Source of the DNA: a virus
Length of the DNA: 64,000 bases
Reading direction: 5' to 3' (one strand)
IMG/VR virus record: IMGVR_UViG_3300046777_001322
Location: 6,005 to 70,004 of that record
This document shows positions 17,603-26,600 of this stretch, piece after piece. The translations under genes and the position numbers were made by a program. Every line of letters starts with the position of its first letter. Positions within the stretch are counted from its first letter, which is position 1. The notes under the pieces are model-generated. The model was not told the DNA's origin, did not search any database, and saw nothing but the letters and a program-made list of their open reading frames with translations.

Positions 17603-18742
17603 ATGTCGGAAGAAATTAAGAAAAACCAGCCAGGAGAATCAGGCGAACTCGGTGGAACAACACCAGGTTTATATCAGGGACAGGGTGCATTCGCATCAGG
17701 TTCTGAAGCAGGATCAAACATCCCTGGCAATTATACTGATGGTGGCGCACTAGGAAATATTCCTAACGCTAACCTTGGTGTTACCACTGGTCCTAATGCC
17801 GTAAACCCTTCGGGTGATGCTGCAAGCGGAATCCTACGCCCTGAACAGGCACGTCGTTTTATTGACTACGTTTGGGATGCTACAGTTCTCGCTCAAGATG
17901 GTCGTCGTGTGACGATGAGAGCAAACACCATGGAATTAGAGAAGATCAACGTCGGTGAGCGTGTAATTCGTGCTGCTGCTCAAGCAGTTGGAAACTATAC
18001 AAACACTGGTGCTACATTCTCAAAGGTAGAACTTACAACCAAGAAGATTCGTCTAGATTGGGAAGTATCTGCTGAAGCACTAGAAGACAATGTCGAGGGT
18101 GGTGCATTAGAAGATCATCTTGTTCGCTTGATGACAAATGCATTCGCAAATGACATTGAAGATCTTGCTATTAACGGTGATGGTACAACAACACCATTCC
18201 TATCTATTATGCCTGGCTTCATCAAGAAGCATCAGGACAATGGAGACTCGCATGAAGCAGCAGTAACTGTTGCTGACAATGCTTGGACACCTGCAGTAAT
18301 GCAGGACATCATTCTCGCTATGCCACGCAAGTACCGTGCACTTAAGAATAATCTTAAGTTCTATGCAGGTACAGATGCATTCGCAGGTATCGTTAAGAAT
18401 AACGGTACTCTTTCAGATGCTATCGCTGAAGCACTTGGCAAGAATGGTAACACATACGCCAACACACAGTCTTACTTAGATGGTGCTGGTCAGACATTCG
18501 GTGGAGCACGTACAACTCGTGTTCTAGGTATCGATGTCCAAGAAGTTCCTTACTACCCTGCAGGTTATGTCGACTTGACATTCCCACAGAACCGTGTTTG
18601 GGGCTTCCAGCGTGATATCGTCGTAAACCGTGAATACGTTGCGAAGAAGGATACAATTGAATATACTGTATTCGTTCGCTTCGGTATCCAATGGGAAGAA
18701 GAAGATGCAATCGCATGGGCAGACGCTGCAGCAGATGCATAA
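17603..18742 (+). CDS. Major capsid protein (HK97 fold)
   Basis: SD aggaggtg then ATG 17603. GILRPEQARRFID, LEDNVEG, EDLAINGDG. High-expression codon usage and a downstream terminator. Confidence 0.88.
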   Translation: MSEEIKKNQPGESGELGGTTPGLYQGQGAFASGSEAGSNIPGNYTDGGALGNIPNANLGVTTGPNAVNPSGDAASGILRPEQARRFIDYVWDATVLAQDGRRVTMRANTMELEKINVGERVIRAAAQAVGNYTNTGATFSKVELTTKKIRLDWEVSAEALEDNVEGGALEDHLVRLMTNAFANDIEDLAINGDGTTTPFLSIMPGFIKKHQDNGDSHEAAVTVADNAWTPAVMQDIILAMPRKYRALKNNLKFYAGTDAFAGIVKNNGTLSDAIAEALGKNGNTYANTQSYLDGAGQTFGGARTTRVLGIDVQEVPYYPAGYVDLTFPQNRVWGFQRDIVVNREYVAKKDTIEYTVFVRFGIQWEEEDAIAWADAAADA

Positions 18743-18762
18743 TCTGTAAGCAGTAACCTTTG

Positions 18763-18804
18763 AGAGGGGGAAGGGGTTAATTCTCCTCCCCCTCTTAACT
18801 TTTT
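18763..18804 (+). terminator. Rho-independent terminator after the capsid gene
   Basis: agagggggaagggg..ctcctccccctct imperfect stem followed by a T-rich tract. Confidence 0.7.
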
Positions 18805-18839
18805 ATTATTCTGTTATAATAGTCACAAGGAGGTAAATA

Positions 18840-19298
18840 ATGGAAGAAAACAATAATGCAGAACAACCCCAGGAACTAAACGCTTGGGAAAAGTATAAGT
18901 TAGAAAACAATCAGCCATCAACTAATGTTGAGGCGGTTGCTCAAGAAAATAATGTTGAGGCATCAGTTTCTGAAGTACCAGAATCTTCTGATGCTATTAC
19001 AACAGCAGATCTTAGCGCATCTTCAAGTGATACAGTTCAGGCTGTAGGATCCATAGAAAATGGCGTTATCGGTGTTGCTGAAACACCACGTCCAGTCAAG
19101 CAGGCTGTTAATGCTTCTCCAACAAAATCAAAAAAGACAGTCGCAATTTACTCTACAAAGAATGTAAGTTGGGGTCCAGTTGGCAAGGTATATCGTGGAT
19201 ACAACATCGTTACACCAGAGCAGGCTGAAAAGTGGCTAACACGTAGCCATGTTAGACTTGCTACACCAGAAGAAGTAGCCAAGGAGTTTGGCAAGTAA
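18840..19298 (+). CDS. Hypothetical protein of the head region
   Basis: TGTTATAAT at 18812-18820 and SD aaggagg. Confidence 0.7.
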   Translation: MEENNNAEQPQELNAWEKYKLENNQPSTNVEAVAQENNVEASVSEVPESSDAITTADLSASSSDTVQAVGSIENGVIGVAETPRPVKQAVNASPTKSKKTVAIYSTKNVSWGPVGKVYRGYNIVTPEQAEKWLTRSHVRLATPEEVAKEFGK

Positions 19299-20177
19299 AT
19301 GGAAGTTCTAAGAGTTCCGCCATATAATTTAAGCGTTACCCTTGATGTTGCCTTGGCAACTACAGAGTATGAATACGCTATTACCGATATGGCGGACTCT
19401 TCAGAAACAACAGGGGAAGTTACATCTGATGCATCAGGCAAGGTAACTATTCCATTATCTTCAAAATATGATACCCAGTATAAAGTCACGGTAGATGGAG
19501 AAGATACATATGTAGATGTAGTAAGACCATACTCAAACCCAAATGATAATGGATCAACCGCTACAGAAATACAAGCATATAGAAAGAACGAAGAATTAGC
19601 AAGAGCAATAATAGATTCGGTTTGTGATGTAGATTTCTATTTTACAAAAAAGACAATTGAAACAACTGGTTTGGGATTAGATTATATTCCTATTTGGGTA
19701 AATGCAAAAAAGATTTTAAAGGTTTATGAAAACAATGTTTTAGTTTATGATGCAGATGATGTAGAAAACTCTACATTTGTGTTTGAAATAACTTCTGATG
19801 GATCTGCTGTTACAACAAAGTATCCAGATTTAGTTAATCGTAATGAATCAAATCCAATACTTTATCCTGGATCGCCTACAGACTATTTAGATTTTCTTTT
19901 TTCAGAACGAGGTTTTCCAAGAGGTTGGGACTATAAGATCGAACTAGAAGTTGGATATCACAAGGTTCCATCAGATATAGTAAGAGCAACAGAGTTATTA
20001 ATACACGATATTGATTGTGGAAAGTTAGATTATTACAAGAGATATATTGGTTCCTACAATACAGACCAATTTAGAATTCAGTTTGATAAGGCTGTATTTG
20101 ACGGCACTGGAAATTTATTAGTCGATAAGATATTAGATAAGTATCGTAAACCGATTGAGTTCGTCGGGGTTCTATAA
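19299..20177 (+). CDS. Probable head-tail adaptor
   Basis: Position, GYHKVPSDIVRATELL motif and C-terminal VDKILDKYR. Confidence 0.6.
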   Translation: MEVLRVPPYNLSVTLDVALATTEYEYAITDMADSSETTGEVTSDASGKVTIPLSSKYDTQYKVTVDGEDTYVDVVRPYSNPNDNGSTATEIQAYRKNEELARAIIDSVCDVDFYFTKKTIETTGLGLDYIPIWVNAKKILKVYENNVLVYDADDVENSTFVFEITSDGSAVTTKYPDLVNRNESNPILYPGSPTDYLDFLFSERGFPRGWDYKIELEVGYHKVPSDIVRATELLIHDIDCGKLDYYKRYIGSYNTDQFRIQFDKAVFDGTGNLLVDKILDKYRKPIEFVGVL

Positions 20178-20626
20178 TGGTAATATGCGAAACTCCAGAC
20201 TTCGCATTTCCAATGCAAGCAGATGTTTATCATCCAATAGTTGAACAGGGTATTTACGGAGAAGTTAAAAAGACTTGGATTTTAGATCGCACAATAGCAT
20301 GCTCCTTTGCTCCAGCAGGTACAGCATTTAAAGAAGAAGTAATGCCAAACATTAATATTACACAGGATAAGATACTACTTGGACGTGCTAAAACAGACAT
20401 TAGAGTTTCAAGTTTAGAGGCTCGTAACTCAATTACCAATGTTATTATTACAAACATTCGTGACAAAAATTGTAATGAGATATACACAGAAACTTCGGGT
20501 CCTCGTGCAGGCAAGTCCACAATATTTGAAATAGCAACACAGGATCCATTCACTGGTCCGTTTGGAAATGTAGAATATTATAAATTAATTATTCGTAGGT
20601 CTGAAAATCAGGCGGTAGATGTTTGA
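20177..20626 (+). CDS. Probable head closure (stopper) protein
   Basis: Synteny, size and beta-rich sequence. Confidence 0.5.
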   Translation: MVICETPDFAFPMQADVYHPIVEQGIYGEVKKTWILDRTIACSFAPAGTAFKEEVMPNINITQDKILLGRAKTDIRVSSLEARNSITNVIITNIRDKNCNEIYTETSGPRAGKSTIFEIATQDPFTGPFGNVEYYKLIIRRSENQAVDV

Positions 20627-21300
20627 TGTTAAGAATAAAGTTTAATAGTAGACAGTTTGAAAAAGAGATGAATAACATAATGAATTATTCAATTGGTTTC
20701 ATCGATGGAGTTGGTCGTGGTAAGAAGGCTATGTATGCAGCACTAGGACCACAAATATCAGAGTTAGCAGGACAGTTTATAGATGCTAACGCAAGAGTAT
20801 CTCCAGAGTTATTACACCATGTATACGAATGGCACAAAACTGGAAGTCCAGAAGCAAGATTGTTTGACATTGACTTTACGATTAGTAATATTGGTTTAAC
20901 TTTCAGATCATCATTAAAACAATCTACATCGATTAAAAATGGATCTAATGTTCCATTTTATAATAAAGCAGAAGTTATGGAAAAAGGTATTGGCGTAACA
21001 ATTAAACCAACAAAGGCACAGGCATTAAGGTTTGAAATAAATGGAGAAGAAATATTTACTTCAAGAGAAGTTAGGGTTGAAAATCCTGGAGGACAAACAG
21101 AAGGACAATTTAAAAATGTTATCTCTAATTTTTTTGGCGTTTACTTTAGACAGTCATTCTTGGAATCAAGTGGTCTTAAGGAATATTTTAAATATCCAAA
21201 GGTTTATTCAAAAAATCTAAATGCAGGAAAGCGTGGCGGTAGATCTGTTGGACTTAAGGCTGGATATCAATGGGTAGCAAATGCGGGGGCAATTAAATGA
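20626..21300 (+). CDS. Probable neck/tail completion protein
   Basis: Synteny. IKPTKAQALRFE motif is typical of HK97-gp10-like proteins. Confidence 0.5.
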   Translation: MLRIKFNSRQFEKEMNNIMNYSIGFIDGVGRGKKAMYAALGPQISELAGQFIDANARVSPELLHHVYEWHKTGSPEARLFDIDFTISNIGLTFRSSLKQSTSIKNGSNVPFYNKAEVMEKGIGVTIKPTKAQALRFEINGEEIFTSREVRVENPGGQTEGQFKNVISNFFGVYFRQSFLESSGLKEYFKYPKVYSKNLNAGKRGGRSVGLKAGYQWVANAGAIK

Positions 21301-21830
21301 CAGAATCTACATCAGTCCTAAATACACCAGTCCTGTGGATAAATCAATATCTAAAAGAAAAGATTTCAGAATTATCTGGTTTGCAAGATGTTCCATTTTT
21401 CCCAACTGGACCTTCAACTTTAGAAACACTTCAAAACCAGTTTCCAGAAGGTGGTACTATGGCTGTTTGGGATAGAATGTTTAGGATGCGTAGAGGGCCA
21501 TTCCCACATATTAAATGTGAGCAGGTGCTATATTATTTTTATGCTAGTGGCTCAGAGCCTGCATTGCAGATGATTAAAATACAAGAAGCAGTAATGAGAT
21601 TATTAGATCGAGGAGATGAAAGTGCCCAAGAATTAAATGCATGGGCCAAGACTAAGGGCAATATTGGAGGAATGGAATGCAAGTTCTATTTCCATGACTT
21701 TAAAATTTACCAACTAGAAGAATCAAGGGACATAGTCGACTTTGGAACAGCCCGAACATATGCGGGTAATAAGATAATTATAGACTACGACTACCATCAG
21801 ATGCAAGACATAATAGACTCAGTAAACTAA
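21297..21830 (+). CDS. Probable tail terminator
   Basis: Immediately precedes the major tail gene; appropriate size. Confidence 0.5.
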   Translation: MTESTSVLNTPVLWINQYLKEKISELSGLQDVPFFPTGPSTLETLQNQFPEGGTMAVWDRMFRMRRGPFPHIKCEQVLYYFYASGSEPALQMIKIQEAVMRLLDRGDESAQELNAWAKTKGNIGGMECKFYFHDFKIYQLEESRDIVDFGTARTYAGNKIIIDYDYHQMQDIIDSVN

Positions 21831-21900
21831 TAAAAAGGCTGTATAATTGTTAGCGAGGAAACACGCCTTTTAATTCTAGACAAATAAAGAGGTGAAATAC

Positions 21901-22524
21901 ATGGCATATACACGTGGTACTAGCAATAATATCATCGTTGGTGCAGCAGCACTCTTCACATACGAAGATGGTGTTCTACCAGAAGCAGGAGTCCTTCCAG
22001 GATATTCTGCAGGTGTGTCCTACAAGACAACTCTTTCCGATGAGGAAGGGTTCCGTAACGTAGGTTACACAATGAATGGTTTGGAACTACAGTTCCAGCC
22101 AGATTTCGGTGAAGTTTCAGTAGACCAGGTTCTTGACGTTGCTAAGTTGTTCAAGCAAGGCATGCAGGTAAACCTAAATACTACATTCGCAGAATCAACA
22201 CTAGAGAATCTTCTTTTTGCTCTCGCAAGCAAGGATGAGAATCTAACAACAGTTTCAGGAAACCCAACACTTAACCTTTCAGCAGGTGACATTGGAGAAT
22301 GTCCAGTTGAGCGTGGTTTGGTAGCAGTTGGTCCAGGAACAGGTGACTGTGCAGCATCTGATCAGATCGAAAGAGTTTACGTTGCATACCGTGCACTCTC
22401 AATTGAGAGCGTAACAGTAGGCGCAAAGCGTGATGAGGCAACAATGTTTGAAGTCTCATTCCGTTTGCTTCCAAATGACAACGGTTCTTACGGTAAGATC
22501 GTAGATCGTACAATCCCAGCATAA
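21901..22524 (+). CDS. Major tail (tube) protein
   Basis: NIIVGAA, VGYTMNGLEL, VDQVLD, TFAESTLENL motifs. High-expression codon usage and a terminator after it. Confidence 0.85.
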   Translation: MAYTRGTSNNIIVGAAALFTYEDGVLPEAGVLPGYSAGVSYKTTLSDEEGFRNVGYTMNGLELQFQPDFGEVSVDQVLDVAKLFKQGMQVNLNTTFAESTLENLLFALASKDENLTTVSGNPTLNLSAGDIGECPVERGLVAVGPGTGDCAASDQIERVYVAYRALSIESVTVGAKRDEATMFEVSFRLLPNDNGSYGKIVDRTIPA

Positions 22525-22543
22525 TACAACTTAATATAAGATT

Positions 22544-22575
22544 AGCCCAGCCCAAAAGGCTGGGCTTTTCTGTTT
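22544..22575 (+). terminator. Rho-independent terminator
   Basis: Perfect 9-bp stem agcccagcc-caaaa-ggctgggct followed by tttctgttt. Confidence 0.85.
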
Positions 22576-22589
22576 GCTATAATAGATAA

Positions 22590-23279
22590 ATGCCTACCGA
22601 AATATATAAAAGTTGCGTCGTGGAACTTATAGATGGAACAGAACTATACATAACCCCATTAAAAATAAAGTTCTTAAAACTATTTTTAGATGAGTTTGAA
22701 AATGTTAAACTTGCAACCAATGACGATGAGGCAATAGATGCTTTGGCAAAATGTACTGTTATAGCAATGAGACAATACTACCCATTAATAAAAACACAAG
22801 AAGAATTAGAAGATAATATAGACATGCCAACTATTTATAAAATATTAGACTTTGCTGCTGGAATTAAGATTAATGAAAAAGCAGAAGAGACTGTAAAGAA
22901 GCAGGCAACAGAAAGCGGGTCTACATGGGATGACTTAGACTTAGCAGAATTAGAGTCAGAGGTATTCCTTCTTGGCATTTGGAAAGATTATGAGGAGTTA
23001 GAGTCTTCCATGTCCATGCCAGAAATAATAGCGACATTAAAAATAAAAAGAGACTTAGACTATTCCCAGAAGAAGTTTTTGGCTGCTATGCAGGGGGTAG
23101 ATTTAGATAAAGCAAACAACAATAACAGCAATGCCTGGGAAGAGATGAAGGCCAGGGTATTTAGTAAAGGTAAGGCAAATGACCCTAACGACATTACTGC
23201 ACTACAAGGGTACAATGCACAAAAGGCTGGGTTTGGTATTGGAATGGGTTTAGATTACGAGGATCTTACACAAAAATAA
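22590..23279 (+). CDS. Tail assembly chaperone, long (GT-like) form
   Basis: Between major tail and tape measure genes. N-terminal ~95 aa are paralogous to 23325..23651, with an extra C-terminal domain. Leaderless-type promoter TGCTATAAT at 22575-22583. Confidence 0.7.
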   Translation: MPTEIYKSCVVELIDGTELYITPLKIKFLKLFLDEFENVKLATNDDEAIDALAKCTVIAMRQYYPLIKTQEELEDNIDMPTIYKILDFAAGIKINEKAEETVKKQATESGSTWDDLDLAELESEVFLLGIWKDYEELESSMSMPEIIATLKIKRDLDYSQKKFLAAMQGVDLDKANNNNSNAWEEMKARVFSKGKANDPNDITALQGYNAQKAGFGIGMGLDYEDLTQK

Positions 23280-23324
23280 AAGCCGTACTATGGTATAATT
23301 TATTCAATACCTTAAGGAGGAAAA

Positions 23325-23651
23325 ATGGCCGAAAAGCCTAAAGAAAATAAGAAATCAATTACATTAATCGATAATACAGAGATTCCAGTAAGAGCATTAA
23401 AGTTATCTCTTCTACGACCATTTATGCTAAAGTTCGCTGAACTAACTTCAGTAGCAGAAGATAATGAAAAGTCAATGGATATTCTAATGGACTGTGTTCA
23501 AATTGCAATGAAACAATACAAGCCAGAATTGGCAGAAGACAGAGATCAACTAGAGGAACTTCTAGATCTTCCTACAGTTTATCAAATAATTGATGCAGCA
23601 TCTGGTTTCCAGAATGCAGATGCCTCAGTTGTATCTGGCTTAGTAAAATAA
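23325..23651 (+). CDS. Tail assembly chaperone, short (G-like) form
   Basis: Own promoter TGGTATAAT (23291-23299) and SD aaggagg. Directly before the tape measure gene. Confidence 0.7.
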   Translation: MAEKPKENKKSITLIDNTEIPVRALKLSLLRPFMLKFAELTSVAEDNEKSMDILMDCVQIAMKQYKPELAEDRDQLEELLDLPTVYQIIDAASGFQNADASVVSGLVK

Positions 23652-23674
23652 ATAAATAAAGAGGTGTTAAGGAA

Positions 23675-26600
23675 TTGGCAGATGTAAATTCTAATATTAA
23701 TATTAATTTTAATACTGCCGACGCCTTAGCAGAATTACGTAAGTTACAGGCAGGCCTCAGTAGGTTTCATCAACAACTTGCTGAGGGAAACCTGGCTGCT
23801 GCAAATGCACAAAAAGGTTTAAATGCTCAACTAGTTCAAGCAATAGGTGCTACTGGTAAATTTGCAGTAAGCCAAGGTAAAGTTGCATCTAGCACTATGG
23901 CATTTACTACTGCCCTAGAAAAAAATAAATTATCTCTTAAAGAATATTATAGATACAGTATGGCTGCTGCTACAGCCAATACAAGAACATTAAGTAAAGC
24001 ATTTGCTCAAGAACGTGAAATTATAAACCGTGCTCGTAGAGATAGAGTAAAAGCATTACAGGCACAATACATACAGATGGCTAAAGCCCAGGGTGGCTTT
24101 ATTGATGCTATGCGTGTCATGCCAAGACAATTGGCAATGGCAAACGGTCAGTTTACAGAACTTGGAACCAGAATTCAATATGCTGCTCAAAGACAGCAGT
24201 TCTTAAACCAGTTATTAAAACAGGGTTCAACACAACTTTTAAATTTTGGTAAGAATACACAGTGGGCTGGTCGTCAGTTGATGGTTGGTTTGACAATACC
24301 ATTAACTATGCTTGGCGGATATGCATCTAAGGCGTTTAGAGAATTAGAAGAATCTATAGTTAAGTTTAGACGTGTTTATGGTGATGCATTTACTAACGAT
24401 GCAGAAGTTGATGCAGCAGTAGAAAATATTAGAAAACTTGCAACCGAATACACGAAGTTTGGCGTTGCTGTAACTGAAACTATGGATATGGCTGCAACTG
24501 CAGCAGCAGCAGGTTTTAAGGGGGCAGATCTAACTAGACAGGTAGAAACTGCAACTAAGTTAGCGGTACTTGGACAAGTAGAACAGCAGCAAGCACTTGA
24601 AACAACAATATCTTTACAAAATGCTTTTGGCTTATCAAGCGATCAACTAGCAGAAAAAATTAACTTCCTAAACGCAGTAGAAAACCAAACTGTTCTTTCT
24701 ATTGAAGATTTAACAATTGCAATTCCAAAGGCTGCACCAGTTATCAAACAACTTGGTGGTAACGTAGAAGATCTTGCATTCTTCTTGACTGCTATGAAGG
24801 AAGGCGGTATTAATGCATCAGAAGGTGCTAACGCACTCAAGTCTGGTCTTGCTTCGTTAATTAACCCTAGCGAAAAAGCAGCCAAGTTCCTTGGTGGAAT
24901 GGGAATCAATATTAAAGGACTTGTTGAAGCAAACAAGGGAGACATTAAGGGAACTGTTGTAGGATTTGCTAGAGCACTAGATGAACTAGACCCACTTAAT
25001 CGTGCTCGTGCCATTGAGCAATTGTTTGGTAAATTCCAGTTTGCTCGTTTGTCTACATTATTCCAGAATGTATCTAAGGACGGAACACAGGCTGCAAGAG
25101 CATTCCAGTTAACTGGAGCATCTGTTGAAGAGTTAGCGATTCTATCTGAACGAGAAATGAAGAAGATAGAGGAGTCTGTTGGTGTTAAGTTCCAGGCTGC
25201 TTTAGAGCAATTCAAGCAAGACATTATGCCACTTGGCAAGGCATTCCTTGAAGCAGTAACGCCAATAGTAAAGTTTTTTGGAAGTTTATTTGAAAAGTTT
25301 AACGGACTTAGCGATCAAACTAAAAAAGTAATAACTGCTATAGTTGCAGTTGTTGCTGGTATAGGTCCAGTAGTTCTTATGACATTCGGTCTTTTAGCCA
25401 ATGGTTTGGCAAACCTTATTAAACTTTTTGCAACAATAAGAGGCGGAATCGCAAAGTTAAATGGTCAAACAAATGTTTTAGGTGCAGGATTTAATTATGT
25501 AACGCAAGAACAATTAGAGCAGCAAGCAGCAGGACAAGCATTACATAATACTCATACTAGATTAACTGAAATATTTAATATTGAAAAGACAGCAGCAATG
25601 CAGTTAGCATCAGCGTATGCATCTTTGACTTCTCAAATGAGAACTATGGCATCACAAAATCCTGCATTGTTTGCTGGAGGTGTTGGTGGAGCAAAACGTG
25701 CAGTAACAAAGTTGCCACCAATGAAGAAGTATAAAGATGGAATTATTTCTGTGCCAGGTCCAAAGGGTGCAGGAGACGTTGTTCCAGCAATGCTTTCTCC
25801 AGGAGAAGCAGTTATACCTACAGAGACTACAGATAAATATAGAGGTTTGATTACTGCAATGTTCCAGGATAAGGTTCCAGGCTTTATGGCTGGAAGACTT
25901 CCAGGTGGACCAGGTAGAGGAATACCACTTTCTGCAGGACCAGAAGCAGTTAGAAAAGCACAACAAGCAAGAAACAGAAGAAGAGATGATGCTCGTCAAG
26001 GATACAATGAGCCACATCCAGAGAGCCAGTCAGGTGCTGTTTTTGTTGGTATGCCTAAGTCTGCTAAAGAGGCATCACAGTCTAGAGAGATAGTAGACAG
26101 AATAGCAAAGAACGTAAAAGACGGAAAATACGGAGATGTTGCTCCTACTGATTTTGGTACATTGCTACAGCCATTCTCTGGAAGAAGTTTCCCAGTACGT
26201 GGAGTTGGCGGGGTATACAGAAAGCCTAATGGAAAGATCGTAGTAGTAAAACCAACAATAGATGAGAAGACAGCATTAGCAGAAGTTCGTGCTACTCAGA
26301 TTGCTAGAGAAGTTCATGGTTTGGTATCTCCAAAACAAACTATTAAGACTATGATTGATCCAACAGATCCTTCAGGTCAAAGAAAGTTTATTGTTATTGA
26401 GTCTCCATATGATCCAAGAATTGCAGCAATGGATGGCAAGTTCTCTCAGTCTGACATGATAAAACAACTTGTTGCATCAACACTAAGAGGTGATAAAGAT
26501 TTACAAAAGGCAAACCTATCTGGCAATGTTTTGGCAGATGTTGGAACTGCTGGAGTATTTGATAGAGCGTCTGGCTTTAGAGATTTCTCTAAGGGATTGC

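Noticed and set aside
22590-23675. Programmed ribosomal frameshift in the tail chaperone genes
   Set aside because: The long form is a single open frame, and the short gene is followed within 23 nt by the tape measure start, leaving no room for a T frame.
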